From: Alphaproteobacteria bacterium
Lineage (GTDB): Bacteria > Pseudomonadota > Alphaproteobacteria > JAPOUT01 > G958296285
Assembly: GCA_965209065.1 (NCBI GenBank)
Contig: OZ242373.1
Span: 1,415,384-1,479,383 of the forward strand
Direction: 5' to 3'
DNA: 64,000 nt
Made by a program: the position numbers and the translations under genes. Below the pieces are notes generated by a model. It searched no databases and was not told where the DNA came from. It worked only from the letters and a program-made list of their open reading frames with translations. Of the stretch, positions 27,806 through 42,800 are shown one piece after another; position 1 is the stretch's first letter, and every line of letters begins with the position of its first letter.

Positions 27806-30800
27806 TTAGCGGCAAGCAGTAGCAGTGCTACAAGTCAGGCTTGCGCCCCAAAGAATGATGGGGTGCGCGGCGGTGCCTGTATAAACAAGCGCGGGTGCAT
27901 TAGCAACCCCATTTTGCCCTATGAATAGAGTGCGCGGCGCATCGGTGCTGAAAACATCTGCTTGAGTAATGCTCACTTGCGCAGCAATTAGAGCCTCAGC
28001 ATCCGTTAGCACGACCGCGCCACCTGCGGTGATAGCTATATTACCAGCGCCTCTATAGAGCGTGCCGATGAGATTAACATCACCGCCCGCCGTTAGAGTT
28101 AGGTTGCCATTAGAGCGCCTACCATATCTTTGCTCGAGAATGATATCTTCACCTGCTTGAATAACAACATCACCATCAGGAAGAACAATGCTACCGCCAG
28201 CTCTTAGGATAACATTACCAGCCGTCATAACAGAGCTGTCTGTAAGGATAATATCGTTCATTGTTTCAATAACAATATTGTTACCACCTGTGGTTTGGAT
28301 GCCAGCGTCATACACAACTCTATTAGCAACAATTCTGACATTGCGTTGGCTGACCCTAACACTTCCAGTGTCGCTCATTGAGCGCAAGACAAGCGTTCCA
28401 AAACCTATATTCAAGTTGTTATTTAGCTCAATGTCATTCATCGCGATTAAATTGACGTTTTGATTGTTAGCAACATCGTCAGGCATTTCAACCATCTCGT
28501 CAGTGTCTATCATAATGTTCATGCCAGTTAGAGTAACCGGTTTGGTTTTAGAGAAGATGACGATGGGGGCGTTAATTTCTATATTATCGCTTGCCGCTAT
28601 CTCAGCATCAATGATGATAATTTCCGTTGCTTCTAACACGATTTTCCGTGTCACGCCGTTGCCGCCCGCGCCCGTGCCAACCTTATCTGCCGAGATAACA
28701 ATACGATTGGCTTTAATGGTAATAGGCATATCGGGAAGAATCAAATTACCACCCTCGTCCGCATTGACGATGAAGTCTTTGTCATCTTCATCGGTGAAGT
28801 CGACTATGTTGTCCTCTAGATTATCTTCATCTGCAAACGGGTTGCCCGCTTCAAAAGCGTCCATTAGGTCTATGTTTTTATCTGCGCCGTCGCCGCTGTA
28901 AAGAGCGAATTGCGTTGCCCAAGTTAAGCGTCCTTGAATTTCAGCACCCAAGTAGCTAATTCTTGGTGCGCCCTCGGCGGTGGAAGTAATCGCGCCATCC
29001 TCATCTACTACATTGATATTGAACGTAACCTCTGTCGGCTTGTCTGTGGGGAAGAGCGCACCATCTTGCGAGAGCTTGATAAAGCTTGCGGTAAGCGCGG
29101 TGGGGTCGGCAAAAGTGATAACGCCTGTGTCGCCTCTCTCATCACCAGCGATGAGATCCAATCTGCCAACACCAACATCAAACCCGCCTGATAGAGCAAG
29201 ATTGCCGGTGGCGGTAACCGTAAGGTTTTGAGTGGAGGTTGTGCCTACTGTCGGCGAAGTGAGCGTGATAACAGCACCGAAAATGCTGGTTGCCTTCTCG
29301 GTAGCGAAGTTAATCTGCCCAGTAGTATCGCCAGCAATAAGGCTTAGGTTTTCTTGCGTGACAACTGCCGCCTCATTGACCGTTGCGGTTGATTGCGCGC
29401 GCACCACACCACCAATAGTTATATTTTGCGCGTTGATGCTCGTTCCATCAGCATGGGTGAACGTAATGTCTTCATCATCACCTGCTGTTAGGGTCAAATC
29501 AACGCTGGCGAAATTTATATTTTGCGCGTGTATGGTGATAGAACCACTAGCCGTGATACCCAAAGAAGCTGTGCCCGCCAAGGCTGACGTTGCTTCGCTC
29601 CCTGTTCCAGAGAGGACTATATTCACATCCCCTGCCATGATAATGCTGGCACCCGATATAGATAGGCGAGTGGCGCTTAAAGATAAATTGCCCGCTCCAA
29701 GAGTAACATTCGACCCAATAGAGATAACAGCTGAAGCACTGCCCTCAGTTGTCGGCACAATAGCAATAGATAAATTCCTATCCGTAGCCGCCATCCAAGC
29801 AGCAAACGTTATTCCATCATCAGCTGTTCTAGTTAAATTGAGATTAGCCACCGTAAGCGTAGCAGGGCTGGCATCAACAAAAGCACCGCCTTGCGACCAG
29901 TTAAATGTCGTGGTGGCGATAGTTGGCGTTCCAGCGAAAGTGGCTTGACCGCTTGTGGCGGTGATAGCAATCACTTCCGCCGTGAGTGTGCCCGCGCCGC
30001 TAAAGGCGATATCGCCTCCGCTCGTTATGGTTAAAATGCCACCTGTTGTTGCGGGGGTTGTTCCTGCCGCCGCAACTGTTCTACCGAGATCGATATTGCC
30101 TGATAGAGCAACCGCACCTGTGGCAGCTACTATCGTCAAGTTTTGACCGCTTGCGGTAGGCGTGCTATCGGCGGCAGAAGCCAGCGTAATATCAGCACCC
30201 GAGATAGCAGTTGGCTTGTCGGCAGCAAAGTTGAGCGCACCATTCGCCGTTAGGGTGAGGTTATGGCTCGCAGCCACTATTTCTTCTGCATCGTCAGTTG
30301 CTGGTGTGATGGTTTGCGCTCTAACAACGCCACCGATGGCAATATCGTTTGCCTTCACATCAGCGGCTTTGGTGAAGATGATTTCACCACTTGCCGATAG
30401 GCTCAAGTCGCCCGTGCCGGTGTTGGTGTTGCCGTGTTGTAAGTCTATAGTGTCTGCGCCAATGGAGATATTACCTGCGGTCGCAACTAGGGTGAGGTTT
30501 TGATTATCCGTATTGCGAATAGCGGCAGCAGCACCTGTGGTGTCCGCGCTTGTCGTGATGGTTATCGCTGAAGCCATTAGGGTAACATCAGCCGCGCCGG
30601 TTGCGAGGAAACTTCCGCTAAGCGTTAAGGTGCCCGTGCCTAGATCAACATCGGCAAGAGTAATGCCTTCATTGGTTGCTGTGAGAAAGAGGTCTCTGCC
30701 TATTGCCACCATCCACTCTGCGATGGTTATCGCGGCGGCAGAAGTGATGGTTAAGTCATCTGTTACTAACGCGGTTGGCGCTGTGCCGAGAGAAGCATAA

Positions 30801-33800
30801 ATCAAGACAACATCGCCCGTGCCAGCGTTATAACTACCCGCAAGTGTTAGCGCACCTGAAGCGGTTATCCTAAGGTCTTGGTTGCTTGCGGTTGCCACGC
30901 CGCTTGTAGCGGTGCCAGTAGCCGTGAGCGAAACAATCGCACCGCTAATGGTTGTGGCTTGCGTGGTAGAGAAGTGTATCGGCATCTCTTCACCAGCAGT
31001 TGTTGTGCCTGCGGTAATCGTAATGTTTCCAGTGGTCTGAAGCACGCCGCCGAGCAATACCGCGCCAGTAGCGGTTATCGTAACGGCGCCCTCGCCTACA
31101 TCAGGTGTGCCACCTTCCTCAGCCATGCCTTCAGCAGTAGCAGTGCCAGAAGTTAGGGTAATATCACCACCTTTAAGCACGGTTGCCTCGTCGGTGAAGC
31201 GTATTGCGTTATCAGCACCCGAAGTGACGCTAATATCGCCTGTGCCTGTATTAAACAAGCCGCCCAAAGCCACTCCGTCGCTTGCCCTTATGGTGAGGTC
31301 GGCATCGCTTGCCGCGCCTTCTGTGGCTGAAATTAGGCCGATAGCAGCACCCGTGATGGTCGTCTCACCGATGAACGTGATAGCAGCTGTGGTGATGAAC
31401 ACTAAGTTATGCTGTGTCGTTGTTTCGCCTTCTGTGGATTGAGCTCTTATCGTGCTGCCCGTAATGGTAGTCACATCAGCCACACCCTCTACCTCACTCT
31501 CTACAGTTACGCTTCTGCCGAAAGTGATATTCGCGGCGATAAGCCTGACGGCTTTGGTGAAGGTAATGTTGCCACCTGCTGAAGCGGTGAAGTCTGCGGT
31601 GAGGTTTATCTCTGTGGCAGTGATGTTGATATCGCCTGTGGCGATAAGCGTGAGGGCTTGCGCGCCGCGGATAGCGGCAGTTGCTTCCTCTGTGCCTTCT
31701 GTGCTTTCTGCGCTTGCGGTGAGCGTTATCGCCGAAGCCGTTAGCACAATAGTATCAGTGCCCGTTCCCGTTGTGATGAAGTCTCCGCTCAGCGTTAAGG
31801 TGCCTGTGCCTAAGTCAATATCGGCGAGAGTAATGTCTGCGTCTGTAGTGATAGATAGATTTCTGTTTTCTTCCACCATCCAGTCTGCGATTTCTATCGC
31901 GTTCGCCGAGATAATTGTTAAGCCGCCGCTTGCGGTGATATCACCTATCGGTGCCGAAATAGAATCGTAGTTCAAAGTCAAAGCGCCGGTGCCTAAGTCA
32001 TAATCGCCGTCTAGCGTTAGCTCGCCTGAAGCGGTTATCGTGAGTGCTTGGTTGCTTGCGGTTGCCGTGCCGCTTGTAGCGGTGCCGGTAGCCGTGAGCG
32101 TGACCGCACCACCACTAATGGATGTGGCTTGCGTGGTAGAGAAGTTTATCGGCATTTCTTGGTCTACGGTCGTTGTGCCTGCGGAAATCATAATAGTTCC
32201 ATCACCTGCATCAAACACACCGCCGAGCAATACTGCGCCGGTAGCGATTACCGTAACGTGGCCACTACCTATAGCAGGTGTGCCACCTTCATCAGCTATG
32301 CCTTCAGCAGTAGCAGTGCCAGAAGTTAGCGTAATAGCACCACCCTTGAGCACGGTTTCCACGATGTTTGTTCCGTCGGCGAAGCGTATTGCGTTATCAG
32401 CACCCGAAGTGACGCTAATATCACCTGTGCCTGTGTTAAACAAGCCGCTCAAAACCACTCCGTTGCTTGCCGTTATGGTGAGGTCGGCATTGCTTGCCGC
32501 ACCTTCTGTGAGTGAAACTAGGCCGATGCCCGCACCCGTGATGGTCGTCTCACCGATGAACGTGATAGCAGCTGTGGTGATGAACACTAAGACATGCTCA
32601 GTCGTTTCCCCGTCAGCAGTGGATTGAGCTCTTATCGTGCTGCCAATAACGCTTGCCGCTACATCGCCTGCGGCGGGAACATTTCTACCGAAAGTGATAT
32701 TCGCGGAGGCAAGCGTGGTGGCTTTGGTGAAGGTAATGTTGCCACCTGCTGATGCGGTGAAGTCTCCGCTGAGGTTTATCGCTGTGGCGGCGATGGTGAT
32801 ATCACCTGTGGCGATAAGCGTCAGGTCTTGGTCGCCACTGATAGCGGCATTTGTTTCTTCTGTAGTCGTGAGCCTTATCGCCGAAGCCGTTAGCACGACA
32901 TCTGCGTCTCCCGTTGTGATGAACAATCCGCTAAGCGTTAAAGTGCCTGCGCCCAAATCAGCAGTGGCGAGGGTGATTTCGCCTGTGGCAGTGAGGGATA
33001 GGTTTCTATCTGTAGCCACCATCCAGTCTCTTAGGACAACCGCTTCTGCTGCCTCGCCTGTGTAAGCTAGGGTGAGGTTGCCTCCACCAGTTAGGGTAAA
33101 TCCACTTGTTTCACCAAAAACGCTATCGCCCTTTGACCATGTGAGGTTGGGCGTTGCTATTGTTGGGAGTGTGCCGTCCGTGTGGGCGGTGAACGTGACG
33201 GCATTTGTTGTTGTTAAGACCACAGCACCCGTGGCATTAGTGCCCGTGGCACTGATGGAGGTCACCACATCAGCCGAGCCGATTGTCAAACGATTTGTCG
33301 TTAGGTTGAAGGTCGGTGCGGTGAAGACGCCGACCAAGCTGGTAGAGCCAAGCACATTGGCGGTAAGGCTTGTATCTGCGCCCATTGTCAAAATGCCGTT
33401 CAAGGTTAGTCTTCCTTGAATGGTTAGGGTTAGGTCGCCACTAAAGGCAGTGGCATCGCCGTCATCAGCACCGGCGCCAATGCCAATGCTCGCGGCGGTT
33501 AGGACAAGCCCTGCGGCTCTAATTTCTCTTATGCCTGCCGGGAAAATGATTTTACCAGTCGTTGTGATGGTAACAATTTCAGTGCCGAAGTCTAAAAGAC
33601 CATCTGCGTTTATGGAGAAGTCTGAGAAGTCGCCGTTAGTGTCAGCAAGAAGAGCGGCAATATCAACATTATCACTACCATTATCCGGTGCGAATTCCAG
33701 TGTGTCTAGCACAAACCAATCGCCATCATTGTCCGTGACCTGTTGTTCCCCTGCACCTAGATATTTAACGCGAGGCTTCACTTCCGCATTTCCCGCAGTG

Positions 33801-36800
33801 GTGAAAGTAGCAGGAGCGGTCGAGCCTGCGGTGAAAGGCGTATCATTCTGTTGTAATCTGATAGAGCTTGCCCTCAAGGTGGGAGTAGGCGTAAAGACAA
33901 TGTCGCCTGTTCCGCCGCTTGCGCCCGCAACAAGCCTGATGATGCCCGTGCCAGCATTAAACATACCGGCGATGGTGAGGTCTCCAGTCGCATTGATGGT
34001 TAGGTCTGCGTCAATTTGACTGCCTTCTTCGGCTGAATCCAAGCTAACGGCAGCACCCGAAATGGTGGCTTTGCCGATGAAGGTGATAGCACCTGCGGTG
34101 GTGAGCGTTAAGTCGCTTGCGGTTATAACCTCTGCGTCATCAACCGTTGCGGTTGAGCGCGCGGAAATTACACTGCCCGTTTTACTTGCCTCTGTAGTTA
34201 CACCGCCTGCGGTTGATGCCGGAATCTCTCTGCCGAAAATGATGTTCGTGGCGGTAAGCGTGGTGGCTTCCTTGCTAAAGACAATACCATTCGCGCTAGT
34301 CGTTGAGGCGGTGAAGCCTCCCGTGAGGTGTATCGCTGTGGCGGCAATGACAATATCACCAGTGGCGATAAGCGTGAGGTTTTGGTCGCCACGGATAGCG
34401 GCATCGCCTGATGTTGTGCCGTCCGCACTTGCGGTGATGCTGATATCTTTCGCGGTAATTGAAACGGCGGCGGTTGAAACCAGCAGGGTGCGCGCGTTAA
34501 TCGTCAAGTCGCCAGTGCCTAAATTGGCGGAGGCGGAGACTTCAACTATTTTGCCGGCGGCTGTGATGGAGAGATTTCTATTTGCGGTAGTATCCACCAT
34601 CCACGCTCTTAGGTTAATGATTGGGCCTTCGCTTGCGGTGCTGGTGAGAACGAGACTTGGGGTTGCCAGCGTCAGCTCTGCGGGGAAGTTGGCACCACTT
34701 GACCATACGACTGCGGTTGCGGCGGTAATGCTTGTATCACCATCAGTGCTTGTGCCAGACGCATCGGTTAGGTTGAAGGTAGGCGCAGTGATGACCGCAC
34801 CCGAGAGGTCTGCACGGCGAGCGGTGATGGCTAAAGTTAAGTCATCGCCCAAAGTGAGCGCGCCCTTCAAGATGAGATTTGCGGTAAGCGTAATCGCTAG
34901 GTTTCCACTGAAAGCAGTAGCAGGCGCGGTATCTGCGCCAGAGCCGATGCCGATGCTCGCCGCTTCTAGGGTAAGGCTGGCGGCGGTAATCGCCGTTATG
35001 CCTGCGGGGAAAATGATTTGTCCTGTCGTGATGAGCCTCACAGATTCCTCGCCGAAGCTGAGGATACCAGTGGCGACGTCAAAGGTGAAAGGTCTAAATG
35101 CCATTTGGTCTGAATCACCAGCGATAAGGTCAGCGATAATAATGTTTTCATCGTCCGCATCGTATGTGAGGGCGGCGAATTCAAACCAGTCATGCTCCGT
35201 TTGCGGGAGTCCGCCCGTGCGCTCCGCATTGGGCAGTGCGTTTTCAAAAATAGTGAAAGTGACGCCTGTCGGTTCATCTTCGGGGAAAAGAGCGTTTTGC
35301 GTTAATAGAATGGAGCGCGCGGTTAGCGTCAAGCCGTCATTAAGAGTGATAGAGCTTTGGTTCTCATTGTCGCCATTGTTTCCAGCGCTAAAGTTCATTT
35401 CGCCGCCGTCTGCCTCATTACCCACATCAAATAGACCTGAGAGGTTGATATTACCATCGGCAGTTAGGGTAAAGTTTTGCTTGCTTGTTGCACCCGCGAT
35501 AGTGGAGGTAAGCGTTATCGTGCCTGCCGTGATACTCGTTGCTTTACTTGCATCAAGGACGATTGCGTTCGCCGCATTAAGCGTGAGGTCAGCACCCGCA
35601 GCTCTAATGTCGCCACCGATTGTTATATTGTGCGCTCTAACAACAGAGGCTTTGGAGAAGATAACTTGTCCGCTTGCCGACAGGTTCAAACTACCTTCGC
35701 CGCCATGTCTCAAGTCTATATTATCCGCGCTAATGGTGATATTGCCTGCGGTCGCACTTAAGGTGAGCCCTTCACTGCTACTCGTATTGGTAATCGCGGA
35801 ACTCGCGCCAGTTCCATCGCCTTTGGCGGTGATGTTGATTGCCCCTGCGGTGAGCGTGATATTACTAGTTTTCACAGAAAAGTCGGTGGTAACAAGTGTC
35901 AAAATGCCGCCGCCTAAATTGATATTGATTCCTGTCGTAATCGCAGTGGAACTTCCTGCGCTAGTGATACTCAAACTTCTCCTGCCTGATGTCGGCACCA
36001 TCCAGCCAGCGATATCAATAGTCTCTTCGCTTGAGGTGATTGCCAAGCTATCGGTTGTGAGGCTTGATAAAATAGTCGCATCAACTGAGGCGTAAGAAAG
36101 CACGAGGTCGGTCGTGCCGAGGTTAAAGCTTCCTGAGAGGTCAAGCGCGCCCGATGCCGTAATGGAAATCGATGCGCCGGCGGCGGTGGCTGGGGTAGTG
36201 GAATAGAGAGTGATGTCCCCGCCCTCAAGGGTTGCGCCGTCAGCGAAAGTGATAGCGGAGCCTCCCATAGCCATCAAAGTCAAGTTGCCGTTGCCGAAAG
36301 CGACAAGTCCAGCAGGAACGTTAATATCGGCGGTAGAGGAAGCTATAGTTAGGTTTTTGCCTGTGCGGATTGCCCATGCGGGAATAGTGAAGTCTGTGGC
36401 TCCATTGATATTAAGGGTAAGGTCGCCGGTATTCGTTCCTACGTTAGGGCTTCGGTTCGTAACGGTGGGAGCAGTTATCGTGAGGGCTGCCGCGCCAAAG
36501 CCTGAGCCACTAAGTGAAATGCCAGTGCCAGTGCTAGTTGTTATAGAGTATGTTGTCGTAATAGACGAAGCGCCACCGCCTGTCGCCGCTAGACTCGGCT
36601 GGTCGAATTCCCCTGCTCCTGTATAGGTAATAGCAAAATTTCCTACTAGAATGCGAGAGTTACTGCTAAGTCCCGAGCTGCTTTGGTCAGTGCTTATGCT
36701 GAAAGTATTGTTATCACCTGCAAAACTAAAGGTGTGAAGTCCGCTAATAGTGCCTTTATCATTAGCAACCCCCGCGGTCAATGAGCCGCTTAAATTGAAG

Positions 36801-39800
36801 GTAATTGTGGCATCGCTCGCGCCGCTGCTTGCGAGAGTTGATGCGACACTGCTTCCCAAAGTCAAACCGCCTGCGGTGATGGTGGCATCTCTAGCGAAGA
36901 CGATACCATTGCTGTTAGCGGTGGTGGTTCTCAAGTCTAGGTCGCCACTTCCGATATTAAGCGCGGAGGGAACATTAAGAGCAACTTCGGTGGTGGTTAC
37001 CGACAAGTTCGTGATATTCGCGGTTGCCCAAGCGGGTATATTGAAAGCGGTGGCGCCTGTATAGGTGAGCTCGAGCGTTTCTGCGGTGAGCATAACGTTG
37101 GTTAGCGTGGCGTCAAATTCGCCCGCCGACAGGGTTAGCGTGTTTGCGCCGAAGTCATAAGCAAGCCCTGCGGTATCTGTAAAGGTTATTTTACCGGTTG
37201 CGGTCATTGATACTGATACATTCGCCGGGTTGGCAACGCTACCTGATAGCGTTATGGTTGCGGCTGTGATGGCAACATCGGCGCTTCCAAAGTTCAAAGT
37301 GGCGGCGGTTAATGATAACGCGCCTGCTCCAATGTTAAGTGCCGCAGGTATGGTGATGGTAACGCCAGCCACTGAGCCTGAATCAATAGTTAAGTTTTTA
37401 CCAGCAACAATAGCCCACGTTTCAATAAGGAAAGTGCCATTCTCTTCTGCCAAGTTAATCGTAAGTGCGCCTCTAGTAACGGTATTAGCCGCGCTCACCT
37501 CATTGGCGGTGAGGGTTAAATCTCCTGTGCCGATAGTAAAGCTTGCGGGCAGAGAAATCTCATCAGCCGTAATGCTTAAATCAACACCGGCAATCGCCGC
37601 CCAAGTTGGAGGCGTGAATGCGCCTGTGCCGGTATAAGCTAAGGAAATGTTAGAAACATTGGTAATTGTCGGTGCGGGCGTGGCGGCAAATGTAGCAGCA
37701 CTAAGCGTTATGCTAGCGTTGGTGGAGGTAGTGCTATTAGTAAAATCATAATCACCACTTAGAGATAAAGTGCCGCTGGCAGTAAAGCTCAAAGGAGGCA
37801 ACACGGCATTGTTTGATGCGGCTGTTGTGGTAGCAAGCGTAATATCGCCTGCGGTGATTTGTGTAAAGCCTACGCCAAAGTTAATTTTGTTCGTGTTTAT
37901 ATTTAAGTTTCCTGTTCCAAGAGAAACACCAGCTAATATATTCACCGTTGCTTCGCTTGCGGTTATCGTGAGGTTTTTATCGCTTACAGCCATCCAATCA
38001 ACGATATCAAGTGCGGTTGTGCCACTATTGGTAATTTCAAGCTCGCCGAAAGTGATGTCGGTGCTGTTGCTATAGGTGAGCGTGCTTCCCGCGCCCGATG
38101 TGCCGTAATTAAGCGCGAGCGTTTGCGTTCCGACATTAATCGGACCATCAAGCGTCAAGTTGCCTGTAGCCGTTATCGTTAATTTTGCGGTTGCTGGCGT
38201 GCTTGCCGTGTTTGTTCCCTTTATGGAAACAGTTGAGCCAGTGATTGTAGTTTCTATCAGCGCGCTAGCGAAGGTTAAACTGCCTGCGTCTATGGTTAAA
38301 GCCTTAGTGCTTACGCCAAAAGCGCCGCTGAGCGTAATTTCACCTGTCGCGGTGAGCTTGACGCTGGCGCCCCACCCGCTAATGCTGCCAGCGGAAATGG
38401 TGATAGTGCCTGATGTTTTTATTTCCAAAAGGGCGCTAGGGAAAGTAATTGCGCCGCCTGTTTGAAGTTCGAGAGGCTGGCTACCCAAATCTAAAACGCC
38501 ATTAACAATGCTAAACTTACCCGCTATTAACGTGGCTAAATTGATTGATGCCTCCCCTGTGCTACGAACAGGCACAGGAACAGAACAGCCGGGGTTTTCA
38601 TTTGTTGAACAGGTAGCCCAAGCATCGCTAACCAGATATCCGTCAGCCGCATCAGCGCCGGTATATTTCACGGCAGGCTTAACATTAAAGGTTGCGGGTG
38701 AAGTGGAGCTATTAAAAGCCTCCTTGTTGTTTGACTGCGTTAGCGTAATGGTTTTTCCATTGATAGCGGGGGTTCCAGTGAAGCTAATCTCGCCGCCCAC
38801 AGCAATGATAACTAAATCACCTTCAGTAGATGCGGGCAAGCCGATGTTAAATGTGCCTTGAAGGGTTATGTCGCCGCCCATCGTTTCTAGCGTGAGGTCT
38901 TGGTTGCGCTGCGTTCCGCCTGTCGTAGAATTAAGGGAGATAGATCTAGCTTTAATAGTAGTGGCAGCACCCGAAGCAAAAATAATCGCGCCAGTTCCAG
39001 AAGAAGCTAACGTTAGCGCGCCAGTTCCAAAATCTCTTGCTCCGCTAGGAAGGAGAATAGAGCCGCCAATTCCAATTGTCGTTATTGTTAGGCTTCTATC
39101 GAAATCAGTGTCGGTTGTGGCGGGAATCAGCCATTCGTTAGCTTTCGCCGCAAGGTCAAATGAGCTTGTATTCAAAGTAAGGTCAACCGCGAGCGCAGTT
39201 AAGGCGACACGGGTGGTGTAGGTTACAGTATTGCTCTCTATGAAGAGCGTTCCCGCGCCGAGATTAATAGCACCCAATAAAGTCACGGCTTCGGCATCTA
39301 GCGTTACGTTGCGAGCCGCGCTTGGTGCGGCGGGTGTTCCGCTTGAAGTCAGCGAGATAGAAGAGCCGCCGTCAATTTTGGTGTCGCCACTATATTCGAT
39401 GGAGTTGCCCGCAGTGGCCTTAAGAGTGATAGTGCCTGATGTTTGGATGAGTCCTGATAGCGTGAGATTGCCAGTCGAAGTTATCTGCACATCGTGGGTA
39501 TTGTTTGGTGTTCCACCAATAGCCGATGAAAGTCTTATCTCCGTGCCCGTGATAGTAGTGGCACTTGAGAAAATAATCGCATCAGCAGCGTTGATTTCTA
39601 AATCACCATTTCCACTAGCCACCGCTCCGCTAATTAATGTTCCCGCATTCACCGTTCCGCCAAGCTTGATGTCATTTACTTTGATGGTCGTGTCTTTTGT
39701 GAATTGAATTGTGCCACCTGCCGATAGGGTTAGATTGTTTTTAGTGGCATCGTTATCACCTGAGCGTTTAAGGTCTATGAGAGTGGCGAATATCGTCAAA

Positions 39801-42800
39801 CCGCCAGTTCTCGCGGTGAAGGTTACATCATAATCCCCAGTGCTAATGATAGCAGGAACATTCGTATCGGTAGATCTTGCCGTAAGGGAGAGGGTATGAG
39901 CGGAGAGCGTCACACTAGCACTACTAAAGCGAATTTGATTCGTTGCGTTGAGGGTCAAAGTTCCCGTGCCGTTTGTTGTGATAGATGTGGGAATGGTGAT
40001 ATTGCCGCTCAAGTGCGTTGTGGTGAGGGTCAAGTTTCTATTGGCATTGCTACCAAGCATCCATGCCGCATAGGTTAAGGTGCCTGCGTTCGTTTTGGTT
40101 ATGGTCAGGTCATCTGTGGTAAGAGCCGTAGGCGTGGTGAAAGTGCCGCTGAAAGAAAGCTCCACATTACCCGTGCCGAAGTCATAACTGCCTCCGAGGC
40201 TCAAGTTGGTTGCGCTAATTTGAATTAAGCCATTGGCGGCAGAGCTATCAGCCGTGTTGGATTGTAGGTCAATAGTGCTCCTGACAAGATTGGCAGCCCC
40301 TTGGAAATCCAAAGCTCCGCCGCTAGATTTCAATATTAGTGTTCCCGCGTTGCTAGTGCTAAATCCTGCTGGTATAATAATATCACCGGCAATTTGAACA
40401 TCCAATTCATCGCCCGAATCCCTAGGCATCCAGTCAGCAAGCGTAAAGCTTCCCGACAGACCACTTATCGTTAAAGTGCTTACGTTGAAGCTCAAAATTC
40501 CACTAGTGGCAAGAGTCCCTGTGGTTATCGTAAATGAGTCCGCTCTAAACCTACCAATAAGAGTGGTTGTGCCTGTCGTCGCGTTTATCGTAAGAGCGCG
40601 AGCGTTGCTGGCGGGAGCGGCGGCGGCGTTGAGGGTTACATTAGTCGCGGTCAAAGTAGCATTGCCAGCAGGCACGATGATAGTTCCTGTGCTGGTAGTG
40701 GTTAGGCTCAAGCTCCCGCCGCCGATGTTAATGCTCGCGAGGGTAATGTTGCCTGTAGCTGTAACCGTCAGGTCTTGCCCTGATTGCTCCATCCAGCTCG
40801 CCAGCGTGAGCGCGCCGCTTGCGTTAATGATAAGCGTGCCTCGGCTTGTGAAGGTTGGGGGAGTGTCGCTCGCCAGCGTTGCGGCGTTTAGCGTTAGGGT
40901 GTTGCCGTTGAGGTTAAAGTTGCCGGTCAGGTCTAGCGTGCCAGTCGCGGTGAGGGTAACTGCGCCGGCGGCGGCACCTGATGCATCGCCTGTGGTAAGC
41001 GTAAGGTCTGCGGCGGAGATGGTGGGGGTAGCTTCGGTAAAGCTAATGCGGTTCGCGATTATCTCTAAATTTTTCCCTGAGAAGCTGATGTCGGGGACGC
41101 TAACAGCTATACCTGCGGCGTTGATAGTAAGAGCGGTGGTTGCGCCGGTCATCCAGCTTGCGATGGTGAGTGCTTCGCTTGCGCTGTTACCGGCGGTAAT
41201 GTTAAGTGTGGCGACAGTAAGGTTGGGGGTGGTATAGGCTAAGGAGCCGCCGCCATCGCCATATTGAATATCGAGGGTGGCGACATTAATCGCTCCAGCT
41301 AAAGTTACGCCGGCGGAAGCGTCAATCGTAAGTTTTGTTCCCGGCGTGGTTGCGCTCGCGCTGGTTATGGTGATGCCCGAGCCGATAATTGTTGTTGTTC
41401 CTGTGAAGGTCAAATTGCCGGCTGAACTGATTTCTAAGTTTCTAGCCGCAATACCGAAGCTACCCGCCAAAGTGATGTTGCCCCCGCCCGTGCCAGCTAT
41501 CGTTGTGAGCTTGATAGTGTCACTAGCCGCGAAGCCACTTACGCTGGTTGCGGTGATAGAGATAGAGCCTGTCGTTTTTATTTCTAAAAGGTCGTCAGGG
41601 AAAGTAATTGTGCCTGTTGGGTTGAGCGTGAAATTAGAATCGCCTAAATCCAAAACACCATCATCATCAATCTCAAATTTTCCTTCAATCGCCTCTGTTA
41701 TCATTTGGGCGGTAATGTTCGTGCCAGCTATATCAATATGGGCAGGCTGGAGACAATCCGTCGCGCCATCGGGGCATGCGCCCCAAGATGGAGCGGCGTA
41801 TGTTGCGCCGCCAGTTAAACCTGTTTGCGTGAGAATTGGCAGGTATGCTGGCGCATCAGCGGCATTAGCACCGCCAGATATACTGCCTAGCCCGCGCCTA
41901 AAGCTCGTTGTGCCTATATCAGCAGCAAAAGCCTCTGTTTGCGTTAGCTCAATGGTAGAGGAAGCACCGGTAACAATAATTGTTGGGTTGTCGGTAAAAG
42001 TAATCTCGCTTGCGGTTAGTTTGATGCTAACGTCCGCAACATTCGGCGCAAACCCTGTGTTCTGCGCGCCCGGACCTATTTCTGCTATCTCAAGATGACC
42101 CTTAATTTCAATTGTTCCTGTCGTAGTGAGGATGAAATCACCACTCACGCTACTTGTAAAAAAGTAGCCCTTATCATTGACACCATCGGCATCGGCTATG
42201 AAGTTAAGCACAACCGCGCGCGCATTAAGTTCTGTTATGTTTATTTCTTGAAAAGCGCCGGAATTGGAGCCGGGTCTGCCGCTAAGTGTTAGATTGGGGA
42301 AATCAAGTGTTAGTGTGCCGCCACCTAAATTATAAACACCCTTTATAAAAAATTGAACGAAAACAGCGTTGTCTTCTTGCTTTATTGTGAGGTTTTGACT
42401 GCCATTAACATCATCATCAATGTTTGCAAAGGCGAGCATGTCTGTATTATTCTTTGTAGTATTAAGCCTAATAGTCTTTTTCACTTTAATTTCAATATCA
42501 GCATCTCCATCAAATATAATACGCGGCGCGGTGATTTCCAAGATATTTGTTGTTACACTTTCAGTAATTAAGACGGGTCTAGTCGTTGATGTTATGCTAG
42601 TTCTTGCCGCTTGTAGCGCCCAGCTTCCAATAGTAAGCGCATCTGTGGAGTTATGTGTGTTTTCTATATTAACGGCATACTCGGAAAAAGCGTTCTCCGC
42701 ATTAGCTCCAGTGCCAGTGGTTGAATAGCTTATACCGCCTACGCCGTCCACATTCAGAATTAAACTTTGTGTAAGATTAGCAGTGCTTACTTTTACAAGA